Of a DNA stretch of 64,000 bases, positions 1 to 12,780 are shown piece after piece. The stretch is from Felis catus. Lineage: Eukaryota. The stretch's first letter is position 1. Every line of letters begins with the position of its first letter. The position numbers and the translations under genes are program-made. Below the pieces are notes generated by a model. That model was not told the DNA's origin and searched no databases. It was given only the letters and a program-made list of their open reading frames with translations. The DNA is taken from NCBI RefSeq assembly GCF_018350175.1, contig NC_058368.1:131814001-131878000 (forward strand), in the 5' to 3' direction.

Positions 1-165
1 AGGTCATGATCTCCCTGCTTGTGAGTTCAAGCCCCACATCGGTTTCTGTGCTCACAGCTCGGAGCCTGGAGCCTCCTTCAGATTCTGTGTCTCCCTCTCT
101 CTCTGCCCCTCCCCTGCTCACACTGTGTCTCTCTCAGAAATAAACATTAAAAAAATTTTTTTTAA
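1..165 (+). mobile_element. CanSINE, older subfamily, cut by the window start
   Basis: AGGTCATGATCTC...GAGCCTG...CT repeat...AATAAAC A tail. Confidence 0.9.
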
Positions 166-755
166 AGAAAACAAAAATAGCAAATGCTACTGTTATAGCT
201 GTTATCAAACCTTTAAGAATTGTTACATTTAACTAAAGAAATGGTATTTAAGGTACATAATTATAAATTTAGACTATATAACTGCATGTTAAAGTTTAAT
301 TTTCTATCCCATTTCATTAGTCATAATAGACATTTATGATTGTTTAAATCAAGTTTTTGCCAGTGAGCAGAAATTCTGGGACTAATATCCTCATAAAGAA
401 AATAATTTTCATTGCTTCCCCTCTTCACCCAGTATCTAGAAGAACAAAGAGTAAAAGAATAAGTATATATGTACTTTCTGGGGGGGAATATACTTTCTGC
501 ATGCTCCTAAATCTACTACTCCACTTGTACTTGATATCTTTGCTAGTCAACAGATACATAGCCACCTGTCACTCAGTCTACAGCAGGGAAGAAAGTAACT
601 ATTTAGGAGAATTTCTGAATCATCTGCAAATCTGGCCTGAATAACAGGGCTAAAGAGCTAAGATGAAATCAGGGCCCTGAAATCAGGATGCCAAATCACA
701 TCGCCCAAGGAGGCAATGATTCACTCTTCACAATGTTATTTTTTAACGTACTTAC

Positions 756-803
756 GATAGCCACATTTTTTACAGCCTGCCCGGACACTGTCCTTGTTGC
801 AAC
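756..803 (-). CDS. SREK1IP1: SREK1IP1 coding exon 2 (48 nt, [17 protein letters not shown])
   Basis: Minus strand acceptor atttcag, GT TGC AAC AAG GAC AGT GTC CGG GCA GGC TGT AAA AAA TGT GGC TAT C, donor gtaagt; phase matches exon 1. Confidence 0.95.
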
Positions 804-1058
804 CTGAAATATAATTGGATAACATTTTAGCAGACATATAAAAGGTAGAAACATAAGAATTCCATCCCATGAAAAAGCTAAGAAACCACTTGTTGTAGAA
901 TTTCTTTAAAAAAAAGAAAAAAATATTCTTGACCCAGCTTAGTTAACACTATTCAATTGTCATCATTATTAGGAATCACTGGAAAATCCAATTTACTCAA
1001 ATTACTTTCTTTGACAGTATTTTAAAAATAACTCTAGAATATATTTTTCTCTAATTTA

Positions 1059-1290
1059 TTTATTTATTTTTTTTTTAATTTTTTTTTCAACGTTTATTTA
1101 TTTTTGGGACAGAGAGAGGCAGAGCATGAACGGGGGAGGGGCAGAGAGAGAGGGAGACACAGAATCGGAAACAGGCTCCAGGCTCTGAGCCATCAGCCCA
1201 GAGCCCGACGCAGGGCTGGAACTCACGGACCGCGAGATCGTGACCTGGCTGAAGTCGGATGCTTAACCGACTGCGCCACCCAGGCGCCCC
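1059..1290 (-). mobile_element. Young felid CanSINE (SINEC_Fc-like)
   Basis: Full-length tRNA-derived head, CT repeat, A tail; perfect TSD TATTTTTCTCTAATTTA at 1042-1058 and 1291-1307. Confidence 0.95.
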
Positions 1291-1419
1291 TATTTTTCTC
1301 TAATTTAACAGAAATACAGTGTTATAGTCAAGAGCTTAAACATTCCAAGAATTCTCTAACACTGAGCAAGAAATTCCTGAGTATTTCAGCCTGTCCCTCA
1401 AATGTAAAATAATTAACTA

Positions 1420-1578
1420 CATATGTGTATACATATACATATTCCCTATATACTATCATATGTGCTAATATTTTTATTATATATTCTATTACATATATTA
1501 GTTATTATATATAGTATATTTATATACATGTATATACATATATATATATTTATACACACACACACACATACATATATG
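1420..1578. repeat. Degenerate (TA)n/(CA)n low-complexity tract
   Basis: Visible TA and CA dinucleotide runs. Confidence 0.8.
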
Positions 1579-1849
1579 AATATTTGGGATAAAAAATGTT
1601 TTTCTGCTCTCCCTTAGAAGAAAAACAAACTGGCTTTATTAAAGGAACTGGTAAAAATCCAGAAAAATACTTTAAATGATAGGTATTATAAGAAACATCC
1701 AAATGCACCACTCAAATTCTGACAAGAGAAAACTATCAGTTACATATTCAGTCTGATCAGTTTTTAGAAATATTTAGAGTATTTCTGTATAATTAGTGGT
1801 ACACACAAGAAATGTTGAAGATCTAAATAAGAGAGAAGACATAAATTGA

Positions 1850-2120
1850 TTTTTTAATAATAAAATATACATAAAATTTATCACCTTAAACATTTTCGAG
1901 TATATAATTCAGTGGCATTAAGTACATTCATAATGTTGTACAACATCCTAAACACTAACTTTTTTCCTCTATAAATTTACCTACTCTAGGAATCTCATGT
2001 AAGTGGAATCATACAGTATTTGTCCTTTTGTGTCTGACTTATTTTACTTAGTATAATGTTTTCAAGACCATCCATGTTGTAACACATTATCAGAATGCCA
2101 TTCCTTTTTATGGGTGAAAT
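1850..2120 (-). mobile_element. L1 (L1M-type) 3' end fragment
   Basis: GTAAGTGGAATCATACAGTATTTGTCCTTTTGTGTCTGACTTATTT is the antisense L1 3' signature. Confidence 0.8.
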
Positions 2121-3456
2121 ATATATATGGAGAGAGAGAGAGAGGGGGAGAGAGAGTTGAAACTACTTTTAATCTCCAATAAGGGCTTCCATCAGCCAGA
2201 GGGCAAGGAAAGAATTGCTCTATTATCTTAATGAAAGGCATCTAACTCCTTAATCTTTCATATGGAGATATAATCCAAATTTACTAAAAAAGTACATAGA
2301 GTGCAAATATAAAACAGTGCTAATTATAAAAGAAAGATCATTTTTGAACCATTTCTTTACTGTTATGAAGTCAAAACATCAGTCATTTTTTCCTAATCCC
2401 AATCGTTAAAATAAACATTATCGAGTTATTCTAGTAAAATACACTCAGGTCTGCTACAATGCTTCTTTTAAAAACATAAACTTGTTCCAATGCAAGTGAT
2501 GTAAGACAGCACAATTTGAGCATAATGTGACTTTTGTCCAAGAAAAACACTATGTGAATGCACAAACTGGTACCCCATTGCTCTGAGACTCATAGTAATA
2601 TACAAAACACACACAAGGACATAACCCAAACCATTTCTAGTGACCTTAGTTCAGTATGGGTGCTGTGAGCAGTGCCCATCCACATCTGGTAAAATAACTT
2701 TGATCCAATCATGTCATCCTCTTCCTACCATTCCTTCAGAACAATTTACAAGCTCTGATTCTTATGAACTGCAATTTCACAGCAAACTTCAGGTCTTTTA
2801 GAAGGTATAGTACCCTATTAATTGTAGTATTTATGTGCCTTTTAACCAATTAACATGTGCAAAACTGTGCTGTTTTTATTAGGTTTCTATAATTTTTTAT
2901 GCATCACTGATGAAGTTCTTGAGTGTTGTGCCCCAATCTCATTTTTTCTCATAAACCTTGTGGATTTTACTGCATAGAGTGGGAACACATCTGCTGCACT
3001 GCAGCAGAACTGTGGAATAAGACTGGATTAATAATAAAATCTGAGGCTCTTTCATTATGAAATTGCCTGTTGGAAAAAAAGCCCAGAGTATCCGGGTCAA
3101 TGTTAAGTCTGTTTCCATAGAAACCAAAGACGCTGAATAGACAGGACAAAACTGTTCTAAATGCACCATTACCATTCCCACAACAAACTAAAAATGTTGT
3201 AATGGACAGATCTGAAATGATCTCATCTCAGTACTTATGAGAGATTAGCTTATTTATGACTAACTCTATCTCATATTTTTAGAATGAACAAAATATGAAA
3301 CTTTTCAGACAAGGTCATCTTCTTTAACAAAGTTTTAACTTTTACATGAAAGGAAAATGCCAGAATTCTAAATAAAGTAACTCCATATCAACTATGTTCT
3401 CACCAGTTTTTGGTTAAATGAAAGTTTCAAGCTTTGTTTGTCCATAATTTTCATGA

Positions 3457-3790
3457 CTGCTGGGCCAACTGAATGCTTTTACCTAGGACACTGAATCTGA
3501 TGCCTCTGACAAAGATATCTGGGACAAGTAACACAATGAAGTGGGGACAGTTCATTCATTCTCCTGTCAAGATCCAGTTTCTAGAGGCAGTGATGTCACA
3601 GAGAGCAGCAGTCCTAATCAGGTCTGGGACTGTGCAGGATCTTGGCTATGGATGTCCTTGGTCTTGTCTATTTTCCAAGAATTGTTATCTAGCATTTGCT
3701 TAGATTCTGTGAGCTCCCTGGTATCTTTCCTTTCTGCTTCAATTAACTAGTCAGTTTCTACTGTTTGGAACAAGAACTCTGCTGATACAA
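3457..3790 (+). mobile_element. Old MLT1-type (ERVL-MaLR) LTR fragment
   Basis: 3' end GTCAGTTTCTACTGTTTGGAACAAGAACTCTGCTGATACA. Confidence 0.55.
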
Positions 3791-4029
3791 TGGTGCTCCA
3801 GATTGGAGTCAAAGTGAATAGGAAGGCCATACTGAAAGGCCCTTATTACTTCAATCAGAAGTTATCCATTTCCCCATCTTAGGTTCTCATGCTGTTTTTT
3901 GTTCCATTCCTCTTTAAGGTTTGCTAATGCTATTCAGAGCAATAGAGCCTGGCTCCCTCAAAATGTTCCTATGTAATCATAACCTACAGTCCCAAGACCA
4001 CCAATAAAGTCTTGTAAAATTGCCCACAT

Positions 4030-4920
4030 CAAAAAAAAAAAAAAATTGGCAAAGACCAACAAAAACAAACTCAAAAGACACATAAAAATAGAGGAAGAAA
4101 TATCTGCAACTCATAGCACCAAAAAAGGGAAATTATCCTTACCTTATAAAACCCAAAAAATCATTATGAACAAGACCAATAGCCAACAGGAAAAAAACTC
4201 AGCCAAGGAGCTGAACAGAATGCTCACAGAAACAGAAACAAGTTGGAAACATGGAGATCCTTAGCCTTATTCATAATTCGTGGAATGTACATTAAAATCT
4301 ATACTGAGATTCTATTTTCACTTATCAGAATAGCAAAGATTGAAAGGGTTGAAGAGAGTTTGGGGGAGACACACTCTAATACAGTACTGGATAGTAATGT
4401 AACTCAATACCACCTCTATGGAAAGCAAGCTGACAAATCTATCAGAACTATAAATGTACATTTATACATTTATACATACATACAAATGTACATTTATACA
4501 TTTATACATACAAAGTGCTACTTTGACCTAGCACTTCCACACTGGGAGATTAATCTTCTCAATTTACTTGCACAAATACATACTGACTTATGCACAAAGC
4601 TATTCACCACAGCATCATTTGTAACAGTAAAAGAGTAGAAATAATTTGGACATAAATAAATTATGGTTGGTCTTTACTTAATGATATTTGATGGTCTCTA
4701 AGATATAAAGAAAAAAGCAAGGTATAGAACAGTGCTCATGGTATGTTGTCATTTGTATGAAAGGAGATTAGATAAAATATCAAATTATGTATAGATTTTA
4801 TTAACAGATGGATGGAGATATACAAAAAAATCTCTCTGTAAGGATATATATTAGGTACCTGAGAAATGGGGAACTGCCTCCAGGGGTAAAAAAGGGTGAG
4901 AAATATGTCACTATCCACCT
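4030..4920 (+). mobile_element. Old L1 (L1ME-like) ORF2/3' fragment
   Basis: A-rich; CCTAGCACTTCCACACTGGGA and TATTCACCACAGCATCATTTGTAACAGTAAAA resemble the L1 3' consensus. Confidence 0.65.
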
Positions 4921-4950
4921 TTTGGTACTTTTAAAATCTGAAGCATGTGA

Positions 4951-5160
4951 GGGTCCCTGGGTGGCTCAGTCAGTTAAGCATCTCACTTCTGCTCAGGTCA
5001 TGATCTCAAGGTTCATGAGTGTGAGCCCCACATCAGGCTCTGTGCTGACAGCTCAGAGCCTGGAGCCTGCTTCAAATTCTGTGTCTCCCTCTCTGCCCCT
5101 CCCCCACTCACATACCATCTCTGTCTGTCTCAAAAATGAATACATGTTAAAAAATGTTTT
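4951..5160 (+). mobile_element. Older CanSINE hosting two young SINEs in its tail
   Basis: TGGGTGGCTCAGTCAGTTAAGC head; TSD AAATCTGAA(G/A)CATGTG at 4934-4949 and 5643-5658. Confidence 0.9.
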
Positions 5161-5165
5161 TTTGG

Positions 5166-5396
5166 GGGGCGCCTGGGTGGCGCAGTCGGTTAAGCGTCCG
5201 ACTTCAGCCAGGTCACGATCTCGCGGTCCGTGAGTTCGAGCCCCGCGTCAGGCTCTGGGCTGATGGCTCAGAGCCTGGAGCCTGTTTCCGATTCTGTGTC
5301 TCCCTCTCTCTCTGCCCCTCCCCCGCTCATGCTCTGTCTCTCTCTGTCCCAAAAAAAATAAATAAACGTTGAAAAAAAAAATTTAAAAAAAAAAAA
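5166..5396 (+). mobile_element. Young felid CanSINE
   Basis: GGGGCGCCTGGGTGGCGCAGTCGGTTAAGCG head to A tail. Confidence 0.95.
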
Positions 5397-5405
5397 GTTT
5401 TTTTT

Positions 5406-5630
5406 GGGGCGCCTGGGTGGCGCAGTCGGTTAAGCGTCCGACTTCAGCCAGGTCATGATCTCGCGGTCCGTGAGATCGAGCCCCGCGTCGGACTCTGGGC
5501 TGATGGCTCAGAGCCTGGAGCCTGTTTCCGATTCTGTGTCTCCCTCTCTCTCTGCCCCTTCCCCGTTCATGCTCTGTCTCTCTCTGTCCCAAAAATAAAT
5601 AAACGTTGAAAAAAAAAATTAAAAAAAAAA
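5406..5630 (+). mobile_element. Young felid CanSINE, tandem with the previous copy
   Basis: Near-identical to 5166-5396. Confidence 0.95.
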
Positions 5631-7012
5631 TGTTTTTTTTTTAAATCTGAAACATGTGGATTACCCTCTCAAAAACCAAACCAAAAACCTCCCTCAAACA
5701 AACCCAACACTAAGAAGAGGTGCTGTTGTGCAAGTATTCGTTGACAAAGGCAGACTGTACCCATAAATTCTTCAGGAAAGCTACATTACAGATTTACAAA
5801 AAAATTTTATTAACTGATGGTTTTAGGAACAAATTTAAGAGGTATTGATTTCCTTATTTGTTAAATACTAGCAAGGGATTACTATGGATCTAGAAAATTG
5901 TCAAACAACTTGAGTGGCAAGGAAGGGCATGGGTAACCAGTTGGCCTTTTACCTCCTAGTAACTTAAAGGAGTAGAGAATGCCAATTTCTCTAGATCCCA
6001 GAACATACCAGACAATTCTATATACAACACACTGCTCAGCATGGTGCGGATTCCCTAGATGTCCTCAACAAATGCTTGCTGCTTTGAGGTTAGAAGCTTA
6101 AGAAAATACTTCAGCACTTGGGAAACAGTAACTTCTGTTGCTCCCAGTTGCCAGCTATGAAACTAGATATAGTGTCTGCAGTGTTACTGGCTCATCTGAG
6201 GAATGACAGGCAATGGAAGAACAGGAATAAAAGTAAGAAGGACAACTGAAATAAAAATAATGATTATTTAGGCAAGGGAAGGGAAAAATGACAGAGGCAG
6301 AGGGACCTTTCCAGGGTGATGAAAATATTTAAAATCTTGATATGGATATAAAATTCTTCAAGCTATACATTTGTAATGTGCATTTTATTTTAACATGTAA
6401 ATTATACCTTAGTAAAGCAGTTAGCATAGAGGGAAAAAAAGAAACAGTCTGTGAAAAGGGAGAGGTTAGAGAAGACTAAAAACCAGGGACAAAGACCAGA
6501 GGGAGAAAATAGGAGTATGTAAGCAAAAGGGATGCTTGTGGTAGTGTCCCTAACAGATGCCTCTGGTTATTCAGTGGCCCCCAGAGGTATGGCAAGACAT
6601 CACACTGATCTAAATTTTTTTGTTGAAATTTCACATCACCTATGTTGCTAACTCAGTCACTGGGAACTTTAACAGTAATGTTTGGAACTTAGTATTATAT
6701 TTTTCTCTTACTGTGTATTTTAGATTTGGGGAAGCCTGTCAAAGTTTTATTTACATTAAAATGTTTTCTATAATCATTAAAATTTAAAAGTAAATAGCTA
6801 AAGGGACTAACTATCCCTTTAAGTGATGCAATTAGCAATTGCAATCACTTCTGTCCATTCCTTTCATTTTTAATTATCTAGATTCAATTAGATTAGATTA
6901 GTTCCTTTTAAGCTTTAAGTTTTATATTTGGTTACTCCATTATAGTTCTATCATAATTTGGGAACTCTTAAAGATAACTTCAATTTATTCTGCTTTTAAA
7001 ATTCAAATTGTA

Positions 7013-7234
7013 GGGACGCCTGGGTGGCGCAGTCGGTTGAGCGTCCGACTTCAGCCAGGTCACGATCTCGTGGTCTGTGAGTTCGAGCCCCGCATCAGGC
7101 TCTGGGCTGATGGCTCGGAGCCTGGAGCCTGTTTCCGATTCTGTGTCTCCCTCTCTCTCTGCCCCTCCCCCGTTCATGCTCTGTCTCTCTCTGTCCCAAA
7201 AATAAATAAAAAACGTTGAAAAAAAATTAAAAAA
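7013..7234 (+). mobile_element. Young felid CanSINE
   Basis: TSD AAAATTCAAATTGTA on both sides. Confidence 0.95.
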
Positions 7235-7448
7235 AAAATTCAAATTGTAGCTAGGTTGTATATACCACATAGATACAAATACCCATATATGTCTGCTAAA
7301 ATTGAATGCAAAGTAAAACTCCAAATATTTAAATTTTTCTGATGCTTTATATTAAGAATTCATAGATATAATCCTTTCTTTGGGATCCTGAAATATTTTA
7401 TTTTAATTCTCTGTGAATTTAAAAAATGGGTTAAAGGAGATCCTTGAT

Positions 7449-7640
7449 GGATCTCCTAAGCCTTAGTGGCTCAGTGAGTTAAGTGTCTGACCCTTGACTT
7501 CAGCTCAAATCATGATTCATGGCTCCCGTTGGGCTCTGCACTAACAACATGAAGCCTGCCTGGGATTCTCTCTCTCTTCTCTCTGACCCACTCGTGTGCA
7601 CTCTCTCTCTCTCAAAATAAATTAATTAAAAAAAAAAAAA
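7449..7640 (+). mobile_element. Older CanSINE
   Basis: GTGGCTCAGTGAGTTAAG head; TSD core GATCCTTGATG. Confidence 0.85.
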
Positions 7641-7774
7641 AGAGGATCCTTGATGTAAACATTTTGAAAGAGCAGATGTCCTCATCTTTAGTTAAAAATG
7701 CCTTCAGAATCATTTGATACTCAAAAGGAGAGATGAAAGTAAATCAAATAATTGCTTATTTTAAACTACTGACA

Positions 7775-7952
7775 GGGGACTGCCTGGGTGGTTCAGCTGG
7801 TCGAGCCCCTGACTCTCGGTTTCAGCTCAGGTCATGATTCCAGGGTTATGGGATCAAGCCCTGTGTCAGAATCTATGCCCAGCAAGGAGCCTACTTAAGA
7901 CTCTTTTTCTCTCTCCCTCTGCCGAACTCTCTCTCTCTAAAATAAAAATAAA
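7775..7952 (+). mobile_element. Older CanSINE
   Basis: TSD TAAACTACTGACA. Confidence 0.88.
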
Positions 7953-9999
7953 TAAACTACTGACATGAAAGAGCTACCATTTAAGTCAGTGTATAAAATG
8001 CTTTCATCCACTTGCTTCAAAATATAAATAACCCATGAAGGAAAAAAAGGTATAGGTATTATCAGTTTAAGAGACATGAACATTTGAATTAACTAATGAA
8101 ACAGAATCACAATTACTGTTTAGTCTGTTAACTTTAGTACCAGATTCTGATCAGCAACAATTCTAGTGAACAACCCTCTAAATTATTATCCAATTATTAT
8201 TATTTATTATGGGCTTATCTCTGAAACGAATGTTAGAGAAGCCATAAAGATGAATAAAGTCCCTACACTAAAGGAAATACAATATACTAGCTTATCTAGG
8301 ACAATACATCCACAGCTATAATACATGCTAGAATATGCCACTGTAAAAAACACAAAACTCTACTGGTAAGCAGGAAGAACTGGCAGGCAAGACTTTCAGC
8401 TGAGAGACGGAGAAGGCTTCCCACAGGTACCTATGGACAGCAAAGGAGGGACAGTGATAACAAAAGCATGTAGGCAGCACGGTACATGAGAGGTTCTGGG
8501 AATAGCTGACCAAGTCAGAAGACTGTAGAATGCTTCAGAGGAAGGGTAGGAGGAAAGAGGAGCAAGAGTGATTTGGCCATGCTGAGGAGTGTGCACTTCA
8601 CTCCAGCAGAGATGGGCACCTCTGGCATCACAACAGTTTAGAAGCGAGAGAAAGCTCGGTCATCAACCCCTTCACTACATACCCAGGGTCAATGAGCCTT
8701 GCAAAGGTTAGGTTGCTTGAAGAGAAACACAACATTCACAGTTGGGGACAAGAACTAAATTCTTGGCCCCTAGGAAAGACAGGATCAGATATATGGTTTC
8801 GGAAAATTATCTCAGCAGCAATGGGCAGCACAGACTAGAGAGAAAAGAAACTATGTGTAGTGTAGTTTTAGAAGTGAAAAGAAACTGGATGCATTGTAAT
8901 TCAGAACTCTTCTCTTACTAAGATGTTATAGTAATGTGTTTTAAAAATTGGACTCACTTTGATATGCCAGATGTATTGTTAATTTGGCTACAGAAAATTC
9001 CCTACCTTGGCTATACAGATTTTACTGAATGAGAGAAAGAGTTTTTGTGCCAACCACATCAATAACATACATTGCCCCTTGAGCCAGGTCAACTCTCATT
9101 GGGGAATGGAGCATCATTAAAATGGATGTCAGAACTAATTTCAACAACTGTGAATGGGAAAAGCAATTGTTAAAAGAAAGTAAACTTCACTGGAACCTGT
9201 ATTTAAATGTCACTTTTAAAATGACAACTAAGAGTCTATGATTTCCCTAAGAAAGTGCACATTTCATTGTGTTGCCTACATAATGGTGTATGCTTACGCT
9301 TAATGCTGTGGAAAAACAGCTGAAGTAGGCGACCATAAAATAGAAGAGGCTGATACTCATTTGTGGAAAGTAGCCCCATCACTTTATAGTCATATTTTGT
9401 AGTAATCACTAGCAAGACCTCCCAAGAAATGCCATGCTGAATCCATATGAGCATTATACCTAAAAATAAAAGAGCATAACATAATACCTGTCCTTGAGCC
9501 CTATTTTTCTTTAATACACTATCTGGATCGATCATCCAAGAAATTATCTTAACATTTTCTGTATCTGTATTTTCTAATGGTACTTGCATTGTGCTCTTAC
9601 AGTGCTGTCATGCCTATTATCTCAATTTTTGCTAGGTTTAAACAGTTTATCCATGTCTTGCTATCCAGCTTAATGACACAATTTAAGATTATTACACTTT
9701 GGAGCATCACTATGAATTGGAAGCAAGTTAACCTGTCTATAACACTGGGTTAGGTTTAGAGCAATTTCAATAGGGACTTTTAAAAAATCACTTTTTTCCT
9801 TTCTTAAGTTGCCCATTTTCATAACTAGTTTTATGAGTATCACAAGCTGTGATACTGTGTCCCCTTAAGTGTCTATACCATCTGGGTGCTCAAAATGCTT
9901 GCTCAAGTAATAAAACCAGCAGCGAGAGGTCAACTCTAGATGCAGCCGTGAGGTTCAAAGATCACCAGCGCTGACTTAAATTATCAGGATGCCCAGACA

Positions 10000-10640
10000 A
10001 GCTACTCAGCAGAATGGCCTTTCTCTGCTAGTTCCTTCCATGATGATATTCTCCAGGCTTCAGCCACAGAGCTTCCCTTCACATTCTACACTGCTAACAT
10101 AGTCACTGACAATGGTCTTAACGCCTGCTTCATGTGTGGATGACATTCTGGCTTCTTTCCTAAGCTACAAATTCTATCTCTCACTGCCTATTAGATGTTT
10201 CAATTTGTATGTCTGACTACACCTCAACACAGAGCCCAAATTGAAATTATCATCATCCCTCTAAAACCTGCTCCTTCTCAGGTGTTGCCTATTTTAGTAA
10301 AGAGTCTCACCCAACTGCCTAACAGTAAAACCCAAGCAGACCTCACTTCCTGTCTTACCTACCTACCCTGAATCAGTCACTGATTCCCCGTGATTCTACC
10401 AGCAAAAATGTGTCTCCAATCTATGGGCTTCTCTCCCTTCCTGACACCACACGTGAAGTATCATCATAACTTACCAGAATTTAATTGGTGACTTTAACTC
10501 CAAACTATCATCCTTCCAATCCACTGTGCAGCCAAAATGTTCTTTCCGAAATATGAATCGGTTTCAAAATGCTGAAATGGCTTCCCATAATCCTTGGGAA
10601 AATATCCAAACTATCTGTCATGGCTTCCAAGGTCCTTTAA
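10000..10640 (+). mobile_element. L2 fragment
   Basis: Pyrimidine-rich; AAAACCTGCTCCTTCT...AATGGCTTCCCAT...CATGGCTTCCAAGGTCCT. Confidence 0.55.
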
Positions 10641-10689
10641 GAGCTGGAAACCACCTTGTAAATTATCCTACATGGCAAGATGAGTAAGT

Positions 10690-10930
10690 GCATGGGGACT
10701 AGAAGAGTCAGACTGCTTACCTACAAGATATCCCTGAACAAGCAAACACTTAATTTCTTTGTCCCTCAGTATCCTCATCTATAAAATGGAAATATTAATA
10801 CTTATCTCACACTGTGGACATGAATGTTAAATGAGATAAAATACAATGGCTTGACACAATGTGTGACACATTTGATACATAGTAAATGCTATTGACACAT
10901 CTGATACATCAGTAAATATTAGCTACTGTC
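10690..10930 (+). mobile_element. MIR
   Basis: Core CCTCAGTATCCTCATCTATAAAATGG...AAATGAGATAA. Confidence 0.75.
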
Positions 10931-11049
10931 ATTAACTCTCCAGTTAATTTCTCACTTCTCTCCCATTTCTATTAGGAGTTCCATCTATTGGGAGCATCTA
11001 TTATCTCCTTTTCACTTACATATCCCTCTGGCTGCAACTTCCCCTCCCA

Positions 11050-11322
11050 TCAATCCAACCCTCCTGGAATCCTTTAAGGCTCATCCTAAATGCCACATCC
11101 TCTGTAAAGCCCTCCTGTCTCCGTAGGTGCCCTTACAACGTGCTCCTGAAGGCTCTGTATTTTCCCTGCCATGCATTTGTCCGACTTTCTGGTACTTTCT
11201 CTTCACTGCTAAATTCTAAGTTCTGTGTGAGGAGCCACTGTCCTGTTCCCCACTGTATTCCCAATGCCTAGCACACTGCCTAGCACGCCCTTAATAGTCA
11301 CGGTGGTGTGGATGAATGAGTG
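11050..11322 (+). mobile_element. L2 3' end
   Basis: CACTGTATTCCCAATGCCTAGCACACTGCCTAGCAC...GAATGA. Confidence 0.65.
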
Positions 11323-12336
11323 TATCTTTCCTCTCTCACACAACCCCTCTCCTCCCCAAACTGCAGTGCTAACAAAAGTGCAATATTCCTATAACACTTA
11401 TCTGTAAAATACACTTCAGGGAAGGCTGCCACCGAACAAACACCGTCAGATAATACTGGGAAGGGCAGGTGAAAACAAAGTTAGGGGGTTCTGAACCACA
11501 GCCCTTCTCAGAGCCTTTCATAACCTGAAGTGCACTGTGAACCTCCAAGTTGTGTGTGCTTGAGCGGGTGGGGTGGGGGTGTAATTCTCACAATATCTCC
11601 TACAACCAGTGTTCTTCCGAACACACCGTCGCAGAGCTGATGTAAGGAGGTGCCCTCCCCGACCAGGACTTCCAAGCAAGCGGGTAGTTGTGGACGGGGA
11701 AACCTCTAAAGCACTTCTTTCGCAGGGTGCACTGTTTTTACGTCGGTAGTCAGTGGACACAGAATCTGCGCGCTGGAAGAACCCACAGACATCGAGGAAT
11801 AAATCTTCTTTTCCGAATGCACGAAATGAGGCCCAGAGTGGGAGAGCGACTGACTGGTCCACGGCCACACAGGAACTCCATACAATAGGAAGGGAGAGGA
11901 GAACCCCGGACGCCAATTTGGTCCCCGGGACTTCCACTACAAACAGTGCCTCTTGGCTCCTGGGGTCCGTCAAGTGCTTGCACCTCAATTCTATTTTCGA
12001 GCCATCCCAAAGTTAGGTCAGTTTTTCTCGGCTACCTCCTAGGCCTACAGTTGCTGCCCCTCCTCCCCCACCTCCCCCCACCACACACTTTCCCTGTAAG
12101 CCTTCCAGCACAGCCGGAGCCTGGCTGGGGCGGGGGAGATAGTTTCTGTCTTCCTTCTTCCCTTCAGACATTACCTCTGGAGTGTAAACTTTTTCGTGTA
12201 GAACAAACGAACCTGTTAATTTTAACGCCTCCGCCTAAATCCTCATGGGCGCTACTCCCTACCCCCAGCGCACCCCAACCTACCCTACCCGCTCCTTTCC
12301 TCGCCTAGACCCAGAGGCCCTGCCGTCCGTCTTCAC

Positions 12337-12349
12337 CTGGGACTGCCAT
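12337..12349 (-). CDS. SREK1IP1: SREK1IP1 coding exon 1 (13 nt, MAVP+G)
   Basis: Minus strand ATG GCA GTC CCA G then donor GTGAAG; good Kozak context (GCAATGG); inside CpG-rich region. Confidence 0.93.
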
Positions 12350-12768
12350 TGCGCTGGTAAGAGGGGTCGCAGGAGCCGTAGGCTTTCGAGAGTACGCTCG
12401 CCTCCCGCCTGCCGCGAGGACCACAAACGGCGAGGGCGGCCTCTTCCTCCGACCGGCGCCGCCGGACTTCCCTGCCAGTCGGGGAAGGCCTCTGGCGATA
12501 GCGGAACCAAGTAACGATGATGCAGTTTCCGGGGGAGTCATATTTACAGAACACACATGGTCCGAACCATTGCTGCCAGCCCCGGGGGTGGAGATGAATG
12601 AAACCTGCACATACGTGTACTGAAGTAAACAACACCAACATTTATATATCCTTTTGTAAAAGTGTAACACAAATTTAGTTAACCTTCAGGTGCTTAATAA
12701 TATTTTTTCGTTTCCTGGAGGCCATTGGAACCCCCCTTCTCAGGATTAGCGGTGCTCAGGCCCAGGAG

Positions 12769-12780
12769 CAACATGGCGGC
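12769..12780 (+). promoter_or_regulatory. YY1-like motif
   Basis: CAACATGGCGGC, one mismatch from CAAGATGGCGGC. Confidence 0.6.

Larger units (their letters stand above)
756..12349 (-). other. SREK1IP1: SREK1IP1 (SREK1-interacting protein 1, p18SRP) 5' part: coding exons 1-2 and intron 1; gene continues beyond the left edge
   Basis: Spliced exons give [21 protein letters not shown], the SREK1IP1 N-terminus and start of its CCHC zinc knuckle; head-to-head with CWC27 as in other mammals. Confidence 0.95.

Noticed and set aside
1104..1412. Recurring ORFs such as MGQREAEHERGRGRERGRHRIGNRL and GAPGWRSRLSVRLQPGHDL (also 5154, 5383, 7037, 50731)
   Set aside because: Translations of CanSINE copies, not a protein family
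2991..3007. Inverted repeat CTGCTGCA-C-TGCAGCAG
   Set aside because: An 8-bp stem is expected by chance in 64 kb; no supporting context
5166..5240. tRNA-like A and B boxes
   Set aside because: tRNA-derived SINE head, not a tRNA gene
9836..9856. Hairpin AGTATCACA-AGC-TGTGATACT
   Set aside because: Short isolated stem compatible with chance
10864..10917. Tandem near-copies of TGACACAT(T/C)TGATACAT-AGTAAAT
   Set aside because: Small slippage duplication inside a MIR, no sign of function
11518..12670. Several overlapping 60-156 aa ORFs near the promoter
   Set aside because: Expected from stop-codon depletion in GC-rich DNA; only the MAVP segment is real SREK1IP1 coding sequence
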